A stretch of 59,689 bases of DNA, the filler included. It is 6 parts of 6 records of this genome, joined end to end, with 100 filler letters (N's around TTAATTAATTAA, not from the genome) between each part and the next. Parts side by side here need not be neighbours in the genome. Positions count along the whole stretch, not along the records: positions 13,631 to 22,716 come from SRR31147125_7650; positions 22,817 to 38,260 come from SRR31147125_7659; 4 more parts are not named here. One strand, 5' to 3'. Positions 20,026-30,472 of the stretch are shown piece after piece. The notes below the pieces were generated by a model that was not told the origin of the DNA, ran no database searches, and saw nothing but the letters and a program-made list of their open reading frames with translations. How positions within the stretch are numbered: the stretch's first letter is position 1; each line of letters starts with the position of its first letter. Made by a program: the position numbers and the translations under genes.

Positions 20026-22716
20026 TTAGAATTGAACATTTACACCGAACAAGAATGAACGAGACATAAACGTATCATTCCATGTGTCATTTGAATATTC
20101 TGGATCAAAACCTTCATATTTGGTAAACACAAAAGGATTTTGAACTGAAACATAAACTCTTAATTTCGAAGCATTGATACGATCAAGAACTGGAGATTTG
20201 AAACTATATCCAAGATTGATATAGCCAATTTTTACAAAAGACATGTCTTGATAATTTTCAATGTTACGGTAAGCACCTGCATTTTGAGGTTGATGCCATT
20301 CATTTGAAGGATTGTCAGGAGTCCAATAGTTCTTCATTAATCCATTGAAACGACCATCCTGATCCCATGCAAATTTTTGATGGAATTTACTATAAACCAT
20401 TGATCCTTGACGCGTGTAAACAAACACACTTAAATCTAAATTTTTATATTTCAATGTATTAGTCATACTACCATACCAATCTGGAGTTTCTTTACCAATA
20501 ATTATTTTGTCTTGATCATCAATCTTCTTATCATTGTTTTGATCAACAACCTTTACTTCGCCCGGATCCTGACTATAAACTGCAGCTTCAGTGGCTTCAT
20601 CTAACTGCCATATTCCATCAAATTCATAATCCCAATGCGAGGTAATATCCTCACCAATAAACCAACCGTTTCCGGGGTCATCTTCCTGAGAACCATTGAT
20701 ATCCTTAATTTCGTTTTTGTTTGTTGAGAAAACCATGCTAGTTGTCCAAGAAAAGTCACTAGCATCAATATTAACTGTATTTAATGCAAGTTCTACACCC
20801 TTATTCTTCAACGAACCAATGTTATCCCAAACTGAGCTATACCCTGTTAATGAAGGAATGCTCCTCTGATAAAGAATATCTTCTGATAATCTGTTGTATA
20901 TTTCAATACTACCAGAAACACGACTATTAAAGAATGCATAATCGATACCCATATTAAATTCGGAAGTTTTTTCCCAGCTTAGCAAAGAGTTTGCAATGCC
21001 ATTAATTGACATTCCTGAAGTTCCAGTACCGCCCCAATCATAATATGCAAGAGCCATAGATACCTGTGATTGATATGGATCAACTGATGCATTACCTGTT
21101 TTTCCATAACTTAAACGCAACTTTAGGTTATTAATGTTGCTGTTTTGCATAAAACCTTCTTCGGTAATACGCCATGCAAATGCAGCAGAAGGAAAGAATG
21201 CCCATTTATTACCTGCAGCCAAACGTGAACTTCCATCGTAACGACCGTTTAAGGTTATATAATATTTACCCATATAATCATAAGAAATACGAGCAAGGAA
21301 TGAAGCTAAACTCTCTTGTAAAAATTCAGATGATGCTGTATTTATATCCGAACCAGCTTCGATGTTATAAAATGAATATGAATCTGTTGAAAAGTTTCGG
21401 CGTTGAATTTCACTTGCATCCCACTTTTTCTTATATACAGAAGAAACAACGGTACCTGAGAAATTATGATTATCGTAACTTTTTTTATACTGAAGTATAT
21501 TATCCCAAGTATATTTTATGAAGTTACTTGTTTTATAGTAAGCACGTGTACGACTTTGTTCGCCTCGAGAGTTTTTGGTATACAAACCACGGTATTCTCC
21601 GTAACGATCAAAATAAATATCAGGAGACAAGGTTGTTGTAAAAGTCAGATTTTTGATCGGCTCTAACTTTAGATAAACATTTCCAAAATAGTGAATTGAT
21701 TTAGTTTCTGCATCCTGATACTGCATATCAAGTAACGGATTGGTAATTTGAAGCTCTTTGGTTGAAACTAACAAACTAAGGTTACCATCCTCATCATAAA
21801 CATCACCAGTTGGACGCAAACGATAAGCACTCCTAAAAGTCTCATTAGAACCTTCATTTCGGATTGAAAAAGACATATTATTTTTCACTCCAAATGAGAT
21901 CACATCATTTAATTTTTTCTCATTACTTGATTTAATGGTGTAACGATCATATTGCTCATTTCCAACAACACCTTCTTCACTCAAAACACTTACTCCATAG
22001 TTAAATACATGTCCTTTACTTCCACCTGAGATATTTACTGAGTGATTGGTTATCATGCCATTGTCCGTAATTAAGTCAGGCCAATTCACACTAGAACCAT
22101 TTTGGATATTTCTAATTTCACCTTCACTAAACTGGTCAGACAATTGAGGATCTGTATCTCCTTTACCAACTTGAGAATCCATTGCAAATTGAACAAATTC
22201 TTCAGTATTCATAACATCAGGGAAATTAAAAGCACTTTTTATCCCAACATATCCATTATAATCTACAACTGTTTTACCTTCACGCCCTGAATTAGTCGTT
22301 ACAATAACAACCCCATTTGCTCCTCTCGAACCGTATATTGCACTTGAAGAAGCATCCTTCAAAATATCGATCTTCTTAATATCTTCAGGATTTATATCGT
22401 TGATGTTATCAACAACAATACCATCAACAACATAAAGCGGAGATGTATTTGATCCAAAAGTACTTACTCCTCGAACTTTAATATCAAAACCTCCGCCAGG
22501 CTTATTGCTTGACTTAATAATATCAACCCCTGCCACTTTACCTTGAATAGCAGAGACAGTACTTGTACTTCTTGATTCTACAATTGTTCCTGCATCTACC
22601 GAAGCAACAGACCCTGTTAAATCACTTTTTTTCATCGTACCATAACCAATGGCAACAACCTCTTCAAGCCCAATAGCATCCTCTTTCATTGAAATATTTA
22701 TCGAACTTCTTCCCGC
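20026..22716 (-). CDS. susC: SusC-family TonB-dependent transporter, 5' end cut by the contig end
   Basis: EEVVAIGYGTMKKSDLTGSV, PLYVVDG, ILKDASSSAIYGSRGANGVVIVTT; C-terminal F. Confidence 0.96.
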   Translation of the reverse strand, partial: AGRSSINISMKEDAIGLEEVVAIGYGTMKKSDLTGSVASVDAGTIVESRSTSTVSAIQGKVAGVDIIKSSNKPGGGFDIKVRGVSTFGSNTSPLYVVDGIVVDNINDINPEDIKKIDILKDASSSAIYGSRGANGVVIVTTNSGREGKTVVDYNGYVGIKSAFNFPDVMNTEEFVQFAMDSQVGKGDTDPQLSDQFSEGEIRNIQNGSSVNWPDLITDNGMITNHSVNISGGSKGHVFNYGVSVLSEEGVVGNEQYDRYTIKSSNEKKLNDVISFGVKNNMSFSIRNEGSNETFRSAYRLRPTGDVYDEDGNLSLLVSTKELQITNPLLDMQYQDAETKSIHYFGNVYLKLEPIKNLTFTTTLSPDIYFDRYGEYRGLYTKNSRGEQSRTRAYYKTSNFIKYTWDNILQYKKSYDNHNFSGTVVSSVYKKKWDASEIQRRNFSTDSYSFYNIEAGSDINTASSEFLQESLASFLARISYDYMGKYYITLNGRYDGSSRLAAGNKWAFFPSAAFAWRITEEGFMQNSNINNLKLRLSYGKTGNASVDPYQSQVSMALAYYDWGGTGTSGMSINGIANSLLSWEKTSEFNMGIDYAFFNSRVSGSIEIYNRLSEDILYQRSIPSLTGYSSVWDNIGSLKNKGVELALNTVNIDASDFSWTTSMVFSTNKNEIKDINGSQEDDPGNGWFIGEDITSHWDYEFDGIWQLDEATEAAVYSQDPGEVKVVDQNNDKKIDDQDKIIIGKETPDWYGSMTNTLKYKNLDLSVFVYTRQGSMVYSKFHQKFAWDQDGRFNGLMKNYWTPDNPSNEWHQPQNAGAYRNIENYQDMSFVKIGYINLGYSFKSPVLDRINASKLRVYVSVQNPFVFTKYEGFDPEYSNDTWNDTFMSRSFLFGVNVQF

Positions 22717-22816
22717 NNNNNNNNNNNNNNNNNNNNNNNNNNNNNNNNNNNNNNNNNNNNTTAATTAATTAANNNNNNNNNNNNNNNNNNNNNNNNNNNN
22801 NNNNNNNNNNNNNNNN
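22717..22816. other. Artificial contig linker
   Basis: N run with TTAATTAATTAA. Confidence 0.99.
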
Positions 22817-22818
22817 AC

Positions 22819-25362
22819 AACGGATTAATAAAAATTGAAACAAACAATAGTAAGGATGAGCTACTTAATTTGAACGTTCAAGAATTTGAACATAGCGAGC
22901 AAAGTAAATACACTTTGCGAAGTAATTTTATAAGTGCGGTATTTCGCGACTCACATAAAACGCTTTGGGTAGCAACTGAGGGAGGAGCATTAAGTGAGTT
23001 AGTAGAAAAAGATAATAAAACAATTTTTATTACCTATACAGAACAAGATGGCTTGTCGAATAGTGTTTGTAAAGGAATTGCTGAAAGTAAAAATGGCAAC
23101 TTATATATATCCACAAATAATAAACTTAACGAATTTAATACGACTAATCATTCGTTTAATTACATTACTGAAGAAGATGGATTGTTATCGCATTTTTTTA
23201 CAAATGCAACAGTGACTCTGCCAGACGGTCGATTGGTATTTGCAGGAAACAAAGGGATTACTTTTTTAAATACTGATTTGAAAAATGAAGATACTAATTT
23301 AGCTCAGATTCACTTTGGCGATTTTTTATTATTTGGCGATGTTGTTAAACCGGAATCGATTATCAATAAACGAACGCTGTTACTTGAGGCACTTAACTAC
23401 ACCAGTCAAATCGAATTAAAACACAATGAAAATGTTTTTGCTTTTGACCTTATATCAACTAATTTTAAAAATACTCAAAGTGGAAAATTAAAGTATCGCT
23501 TGCTTGGTTTCGATGAGAATTGGAGAATAGCAAATAGTTCTAGTTTTAGAGTTGAATACGTTAAAGTTCCTCCTGGCGACTATGTTTTTGAATTCACATC
23601 AGCGGTATCGGAAGATGACTGGATTAAACCCAAAAAGGTAGTACAAGTAAAGATTAATCCACCTTTTTGGTTAACATTTTGGGCAATATCTATTTATGTC
23701 ATTTTAACCTTAGGCATCCTGTTTTTAATTTACCGATATCTTAGAAACATTGAGCGCTTAAAAAGTAGAATAGAGATTGAAAAAATCGAAAAAGAGAAAG
23801 AACACGAACTTACCGAAGAAAAAATAAAGTTTTTTACCAATATTGCACATGATTTTAAAACGCCACTTTCTTTAATCAATGGTCCACTAGAAAACTTGCT
23901 TGCAAAATTTACAATAAACGATAATACGAGGCACAATCTTTTTCGTATGAAAAATCAGGTAAGCTATCTATTACTTTTATTGGACCAGTTAATTGAGTTT
24001 CGGAGAATCGAAAATAATAAATTAAACCTGAACTGTTATGAAATAAATATTCTGGATTTTATTTGGAATATAAAGAAGGGATTCGATGATTTATCGGTAA
24101 AGAAGCACATTAAGTTTAATTTTGAAAAAAATGCTGATGAGATATTGATTTGGATAGACCCCAGAAAATTTGAAAAAATAATTTACAACTTACTTTCAAA
24201 TGCATTTAAGTACACTCCCGACTATGGTTCAATTTCAATCACAATTGAAAAACAAAATAATGTAGCAGAAATTTGTGTTTGCGATTCAGGACCAGGAATT
24301 TCGGAAGATGAACTAAATCAAATATTTGATCGTTTTTACAAGGGGAAATCAAATAATGTGCAAGGGGCCGGCATAGGTTTATCCATTGTGAAGTCCATTG
24401 TGGAAGCACATAAAGGGAAGGTAACGGCATACAACAAACCTAAAGGAGGGGCTGTTTTTGAAATAGAACTAATGCTCGGAAATAATCATATTGCTCCTGA
24501 AATGCTAGGTAAAGAAAATAGGAAACTAGAGCCATCACTGATATATCAAAATCTGAATAACACAATAGAGAATTCTAATGATGTGCGTCCTGCTTCACGT
24601 AATCATGTTATTTATGTAGTTGAAGATGTAGCTGAAATGCGGGATTTTATCGCTGAATTATTTTCATCTGACTATCAGGTTTATAAATTCGAGAACGGGC
24701 AACTGGCGCTAAATCATATAAAAACCATTGTCCCTGATGTAATCATAAGTGATTTGAAGATGCCTGTAATGGATGGGGTAGAACTTTGTAAACTCATTAA
24801 AACGAATGTATTAACGGCACATATTCCCATTATTATGCTAACATCGGAATCTGAAATGAGCAGTAAAATAGAAGGCTTTGATATTGGTGCCATAGATTAT
24901 ATAACAAAACCTTTTTCCAATGAATTTTTAGTAACACGGGTCTCGAATATTATTTCAGAGCTAAATACGCTTAAATCAAGATACACGAACAGCCTTAAAG
25001 AAGATGGATTTGTTAAGCAAGAAAATAATAAGGAACGTGAATTTTTATATTCTTTCCTTCAGGTTTTACAACAAGAATACAGTAATGCCGATTTGAACAA
25101 TCATATTTTATCTTCTAGTTTAAACATAAGTAATACGAAATTATTAGTAACCATAAAAAGTCTTACGGGTAAAACCCCTAACGAATTAATTCGCAATTAC
25201 AGGATAAAAAAGTCTGTTATAATGCTTAAAAGCAGTGATGAATCTGTTAGCACTATAATGCAGGCCTGTGGATTTAAAAGTCGAGCATATTTTTACAAAT
25301 GTTTTAAAGAAAAATATAACATGACCCCAAAAGAGTTTCGTGAATCTCTTATGAAAAAATAA
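22819..25362 (+). CDS. Hybrid two-component system (HTCS) regulator, 5' truncated
   Basis: Propeller repeats, Y_Y_Y domain, PPFW TM, FFTNIAHDFKTPL H-box, HATPase, REC (DLKMPVMDG) and AraC HTH (CGFKSRAYFYKCFKEKYNMTP). Confidence 0.95.
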   Translation, partial: NGLIKIETNNSKDELLNLNVQEFEHSEQSKYTLRSNFISAVFRDSHKTLWVATEGGALSELVEKDNKTIFITYTEQDGLSNSVCKGIAESKNGNLYISTNNKLNEFNTTNHSFNYITEEDGLLSHFFTNATVTLPDGRLVFAGNKGITFLNTDLKNEDTNLAQIHFGDFLLFGDVVKPESIINKRTLLLEALNYTSQIELKHNENVFAFDLISTNFKNTQSGKLKYRLLGFDENWRIANSSSFRVEYVKVPPGDYVFEFTSAVSEDDWIKPKKVVQVKINPPFWLTFWAISIYVILTLGILFLIYRYLRNIERLKSRIEIEKIEKEKEHELTEEKIKFFTNIAHDFKTPLSLINGPLENLLAKFTINDNTRHNLFRMKNQVSYLLLLLDQLIEFRRIENNKLNLNCYEINILDFIWNIKKGFDDLSVKKHIKFNFEKNADEILIWIDPRKFEKIIYNLLSNAFKYTPDYGSISITIEKQNNVAEICVCDSGPGISEDELNQIFDRFYKGKSNNVQGAGIGLSIVKSIVEAHKGKVTAYNKPKGGAVFEIELMLGNNHIAPEMLGKENRKLEPSLIYQNLNNTIENSNDVRPASRNHVIYVVEDVAEMRDFIAELFSSDYQVYKFENGQLALNHIKTIVPDVIISDLKMPVMDGVELCKLIKTNVLTAHIPIIMLTSESEMSSKIEGFDIGAIDYITKPFSNEFLVTRVSNIISELNTLKSRYTNSLKEDGFVKQENNKEREFLYSFLQVLQQEYSNADLNNHILSSSLNISNTKLLVTIKSLTGKTPNELIRNYRIKKSVIMLKSSDESVSTIMQACGFKSRAYFYKCFKEKYNMTPKEFRESLMKK

Positions 25363-25560
25363 AGAACTATTCATACTATTAAAATTGTTTGTTTTCAAAG
25401 GTATAGTATGGAACTCGCATGCTTTTAATAACTCGTTTATGTGTGAATATTTCTCATGCTCGTTTCATTTCATTTTAAAGCTGCAGAAATGAAACCTTTT
25501 CGCTCAATAAGGCGATTTTAATATCTGTAATGTCCTTAATTACAGTTTTAAGTGCAATGG

Positions 25561-25661
25561 AGAACAATTTCAGCGCAAAAAAGAACATCCTCATTTTCTT
25601 ATTTTAGCTTCATTTGTTATAAACGATAAATAAAACCTATTATAACAATAATGTAATTTTG
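25561..25661 (+). promoter_or_regulatory. Putative HTCS-dependent PUL promoter
   Basis: AGAACA direct repeat at 25561 and 25582 (21-bp period), plus a Bacteroidota -7 element TAATTTTG (TAnnTTTG) at 25654-25661. Confidence 0.4.
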
Positions 25662-25716
25662 GTATAGATAAATATTCTACCATTTGGATGTTAAATCAAA
25701 TAGAAAAAATAGTTAA

Positions 25717-28002
25717 ATGAGGAAATTTGTTATCATCATCTTTTCTGTATGCTTAAGCATAGCAGCTTTGGCACAAACCACAAACTGGAAAGCCCAATGG
25801 ATAAGGGCTTTTGAACAACAAAACGAAACCAACAACTGGACAGCCTACAATAAAATATTTCAGGTAGATGAGGTGCCAAACGAGGCCCTGGCTAAAATAG
25901 CCTGCGATTCTAAATACTGGATGTGGATTAATGGCGAATTAGCTGTTTTTGAAGGACAATTAAAACGCGGACCATCGCCTGAAGATACCTATTATGACGA
26001 GGTGGATATTGCGCCTTTTCTGAAGAACGGGAAGAACAACATTTCCATTTTGGTTTGGTACTTTGGGAAAGATGGCTTCTCGCACAACAGTAGCGGCAAA
26101 GCAGCACTCATATTCGATTGTCAGGCAGCGGATTTTGAACTCCTTACCGATATGTCCTGGAAAGCATCTATACGCCGCGAGTTTGGAACGGCCGGATTGC
26201 CATTGCCCAATTTCAGGCTACCCGAATCAAGCATTCGATACGATGCACGTATAGGTAATTTTGATTTTACCAAAGCCGATTTTAACAGTGATAAGTGGAG
26301 AGGAGTCATTCTTTTGGGCAAGCCACCTGTTGCACCTTGGAATAAGTTGGTAAAACGCCCGATTCCACAATGGAAAGATTTTGGCATGAAGCTTTATGAA
26401 AATGACATCACTTTCCCTTTTGTTAGCGATGGTGAGACAATCGTTTGTAAGCTGCCCTACAATGCTCAAATAACACCGTTTTTCAAAATTGAGGCTAAGG
26501 GTGGTGAAGAAATTCAGGTATTAACAGATCATTACGAGGGTGGAGGTCCTGTAAATGTTCGTGCTGAATATATAGCCCGTGAAGGAATTCAGGAATATGA
26601 AAACCTGGGCTGGATGAACGGGCAGGAAGTACATTATATTATCCCTGCTGGTGTAAAAGTATCGGATCTGCAATACCGCGAAACAGGCTATAATACCGAA
26701 TTTACAGGATACTTTGATTGTAACGATGATTTTTATAAAAAATTATGGAAAAAGGCTGAGCGTACTTTGTATATAACCATGCGCGATACCTATATGGATT
26801 GCCCCGACCGGGAACGTTCGCAATGGTGGGGAGATATGGTAAACGAAAGTGGAGAAGCTTTTTATGCACTCGACCCTGAAAGTCGTTTTTTAACACAAAA
26901 AGGAATATTGGAACTCATCAAATGGCAACGCGAAGACGGGACTATCTTTTCGCCTATTCCGGCTGGAAACTGGGGGAAGGAACTACCGGGACAAATGTTG
27001 GCAAGTGTTGGTTACTATGGCTTCTGGAACTATTATTGGAATACGGGTGACAAAGAGACTATTGCCAAAGTTTATGATGGTGTGAAACGTTACTTGGATG
27101 TTTGGCAACTTGATAAGAATGGTGTGTTGGTAAAACGAATGACTGATAGTGACAGTAAAGGTTGGTACTGGGGTGACTGGGGTACCAATGTGGACAAAGA
27201 TTTATTAATGAATGAGTGGTATTACCTTGCTTTGAAAGGTTATAAAAACATGTCGGAGCTTTTGGGGAAAGATACAGAAGCCAAATGGGCTGCAGACCTT
27301 ATGATTGATTTCAAAAAGGCATTTAACGATACTTTTTGGAAAGGTGACCAATACCGTTCGTATAACTACAAAGATGATATTGACGACCGCGGACAAGCTC
27401 TTGCAGTAGTTGCCGGATTGGCCGATGCTGATAAGTTTGAGGCCATTTATAAAACACTGCAAACACAGGAATATGCCAGTCCTTATATGGAAAAATATGT
27501 ATGTGAAGCCTTGTTTCTGATGGGTGAATCGGAATATGGTTTGGAGCGTCTTAAAAAACGTTTTCAGCCCATGGTGGATGACAAAAACCACACAACTCTT
27601 TTTGAAGGCTGGGGTATTGGTAAAGATGGCTATGGTGGTGGCTCTACAAACCACGCATGGAGTGGCGGTGGTTTAACCATTTTAGCGCAATACGTTTGTG
27701 GATTGTATCCGTTGGAATCAACCTGGAAAAGCTTTATGGTAAAACCCGATTTGGCTGGTTTGGAATTTGCCGAAACGGGAAATGAAACCATGGCAGGGAA
27801 AGTAGCTGTAAAGGTAAGCAAAGTAAAAAAGGGAATGGACATTGAATTAACGGTTCCCAATGGAAGTGAAGCTGTGGTTTATGTTCCTGTTGCAAACAAA
27901 AAGGTAACAATCGATGGTAAAAAAGCCACTTCAACAGAAAAAGATGGTGATTATACACTATATCGTGTGAAAGGTGGTGATTATAAAATTAGTGCCCGAT
28001 AA
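25717..28002 (+). CDS. GH78-family alpha-L-rhamnosidase-like protein
   Basis: Signal peptide; YMDCPDRERSQWWGD; WGDWG; TTLFEGW...STNHAWSGG. Confidence 0.88.
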   Translation: MRKFVIIIFSVCLSIAALAQTTNWKAQWIRAFEQQNETNNWTAYNKIFQVDEVPNEALAKIACDSKYWMWINGELAVFEGQLKRGPSPEDTYYDEVDIAPFLKNGKNNISILVWYFGKDGFSHNSSGKAALIFDCQAADFELLTDMSWKASIRREFGTAGLPLPNFRLPESSIRYDARIGNFDFTKADFNSDKWRGVILLGKPPVAPWNKLVKRPIPQWKDFGMKLYENDITFPFVSDGETIVCKLPYNAQITPFFKIEAKGGEEIQVLTDHYEGGGPVNVRAEYIAREGIQEYENLGWMNGQEVHYIIPAGVKVSDLQYRETGYNTEFTGYFDCNDDFYKKLWKKAERTLYITMRDTYMDCPDRERSQWWGDMVNESGEAFYALDPESRFLTQKGILELIKWQREDGTIFSPIPAGNWGKELPGQMLASVGYYGFWNYYWNTGDKETIAKVYDGVKRYLDVWQLDKNGVLVKRMTDSDSKGWYWGDWGTNVDKDLLMNEWYYLALKGYKNMSELLGKDTEAKWAADLMIDFKKAFNDTFWKGDQYRSYNYKDDIDDRGQALAVVAGLADADKFEAIYKTLQTQEYASPYMEKYVCEALFLMGESEYGLERLKKRFQPMVDDKNHTTLFEGWGIGKDGYGGGSTNHAWSGGGLTILAQYVCGLYPLESTWKSFMVKPDLAGLEFAETGNETMAGKVAVKVSKVKKGMDIELTVPNGSEAVVYVPVANKKVTIDGKKATSTEKDGDYTLYRVKGGDYKISAR

Positions 28003-28058
28003 AAGAACAATTAGATAGGCCTCAGAAGGACGGCTTGTGCAATACTAAACTAAACCAA

Positions 28059-30323
28059 ATGAAAAAAACGAACCTAATACTTCTAATCTGCTTCCTTAGC
28101 ATGGTAAGCTATGCCCAAACTTCAACATGGAAAGCCAAGCGAATAATAGGTAGAGAGGAGCAAAATGAAGCAAATTCATGGACCAATTTCAGAAAAGACA
28201 TTGAACTTGAATCAGTTCCCCGCATAGCCATTGCAAAAATTGCCTGCGACTCAAAGTATTGGCTATGGGTAAATGGAGAGATGGCTGTTTTTGAAGGACA
28301 ATTAAAGCGTGGACCAAATCCCCACGATACCTATTACGATGAGGTGGATATTGCACCATTCCTAAAAAAGGGAAAGAACTCCATTGCCGTATTAGTATGG
28401 TATTTCGGAAAAGATGGTTTCTCGCACAACAGCAGTGGTGAAACAGGTTTGGTTTTTCAATGCGATGTCATTGATTTAATTAGCGATGAAAGCTGGATGG
28501 GGAGATTGGATAGGGCTTTCGATGATACCGGCCGACCAAAACCCAATTACCGTTTACCAGAGTCAAACATTAAATTTGATGCCCAGCGTGGAAATTTTGA
28601 TTGGACTTTGCTCAATGGAAAGCTTGTAGGTTTTAGAGAAGTTCGGGTTATTGGGGAAGCAGAATCTGTTCCCCAATAAATTGGTTTTACGTCCCATTCC
28701 GCACTGGAAAGATTTTGGAATTCGTGGATATGAAAATGCTGATGAGATTCCTGCCGAAGGAACTGGCGATTGGATTGAATGTAAATTACCCTATAACTGC
28801 CATGTTACTCCAATCTTAGATGTTGAAGCACCGGCAGGTTTAACCATTAAAATGCAAACCGATAACTACGACTACCTGGGTGCCAACAAGTTGTCAGTAC
28901 GCGCAGAATATGTGACAAAAGAAGGCTCACAATATTACGAATCCCTGGGCTGGCAGAATGGACATGTAATGAAATATTTTATCCCCAAAGGCGTAAAAAT
29001 AAATGCGCTGAAATACAGGGAAACAGGATTTAATACTGAATTTACCGGCTATTTTAAAACCAACGATAAATACTACGAAAAACTTTGGCAAAAAGCAGTT
29101 CGTACCTTGTATGTTACCATGCGCGATACCTATATGGATTGTCCGGACCGTGAGCGCGCCCAGTGGTGGGGCGATATGGTAAACGAAAGTGGTGAAGCAT
29201 TTTATGCATTGAGTCCATCGTCAGCCAGCCTAACTCAAAAAGGAATTTTGGAACTGATTAACTGGCAACGTGAGGATGGTACCATATATGCACCCGTACC
29301 AGCTGGAAACTTCAATCGCGAGCTTCCCGGTCAGATGCTGTCCAGTATTGGCTATTACGGATTCTGGAATTATTACCTGAATACCGGCGATAAAGAAACG
29401 ATGGCGAAAGTTTACAAAGGTGTAAAACGTTATCTCGATGTTTGGGAAATTGACAACAATGGCATACTGGTACCCCGTGAAGGTGACTGGTATTGGGGCG
29501 ATTGGGGAAAAATGGTGGATAAGCAACTGGCTTTTAATACATGGTATTACCTGGCATTAAAAGGATACTATAATATGTCGGAACTCTTGGGAGAAACAGC
29601 TGAAGCACGGGAATCCCTAAAAGCGATGGAGGGATTTAAAACCGCATTCAATACCGTTTTGTGGGATGGAAAGGGTTACAGAACTGCAGAATACGAAGGA
29701 GAATATGACGACCGCGGTCAGGCATTGGCTGTGGTGGCCGGTTTGGCTTCAAAAGAAAAATACGATGAATTATTGACGATTTTTAAAAGCTCTTACCTCG
29801 CTAGTCCGTACATGGAAAAATATGTGATGGAAGCTTTATTTGTAATGGAAGAAGCAGAGTTTGGGCTTGAACGAATGAAAAACCGTCACCGCAAAATGGT
29901 TGATTCACCTTATACAACATTGTACGAAAACTTTGGCGGTGGCGAGGATCGTGCAGGTGCAGGAACCAATAACCACGCGTGGAGTGGGGTGGGCTCACTA
30001 TTCTTGCCCAGTATGTTTGCGGACTTTACCCCATTGAACCGGCCTGGAAAACCTTTAAGGTGAAACCACAACTGGGTAGCCTTGAATTTGCCGAAACCGG
30101 AAACGAAACCCTGGCAGGGAAAGTAGCTGTGAAAGTAACCAAAGTAAAAAAAGGTATGGATATTGAACTTACTGTTCCGGCAGGTAGTGAAGCTGTAGTT
30201 TATCTTCCTGTTGCAAATAAAAAGGTAACAATTGATGGTAAAAAAGTTACCTCAAAAGAAAAAGATGGAGACTATACGCTATATCGTGTGAAAGGTGGCG
30301 AATATAGAATTAGCGCAAGATAA
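28059..30323 (+). CDS. Second GH78-family paralog, with frameshifts at about 28671-28674 and 29986-29989
   Basis: ORFs 28035-28679, 28651-30063 and 29979-30323 align colinearly with the upstream paralog (DCPDRERAQWWGD, NHAWSG). The breaks fall in a C4 and a G4 run. Confidence 0.85.
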
Positions 30324-30472
30324 TTTTAAACAACCACGATAGACAAGTTTAAGCAAAAACGAAGATGATTAAAACAGACGAATGGATATTCCGATTCTCA
30401 GCTTCTCAGACAATCTGAATATCCGAATATCTGATATCCTGTGTCTTGGTTCTAATTTTAAACAAATTAAAA

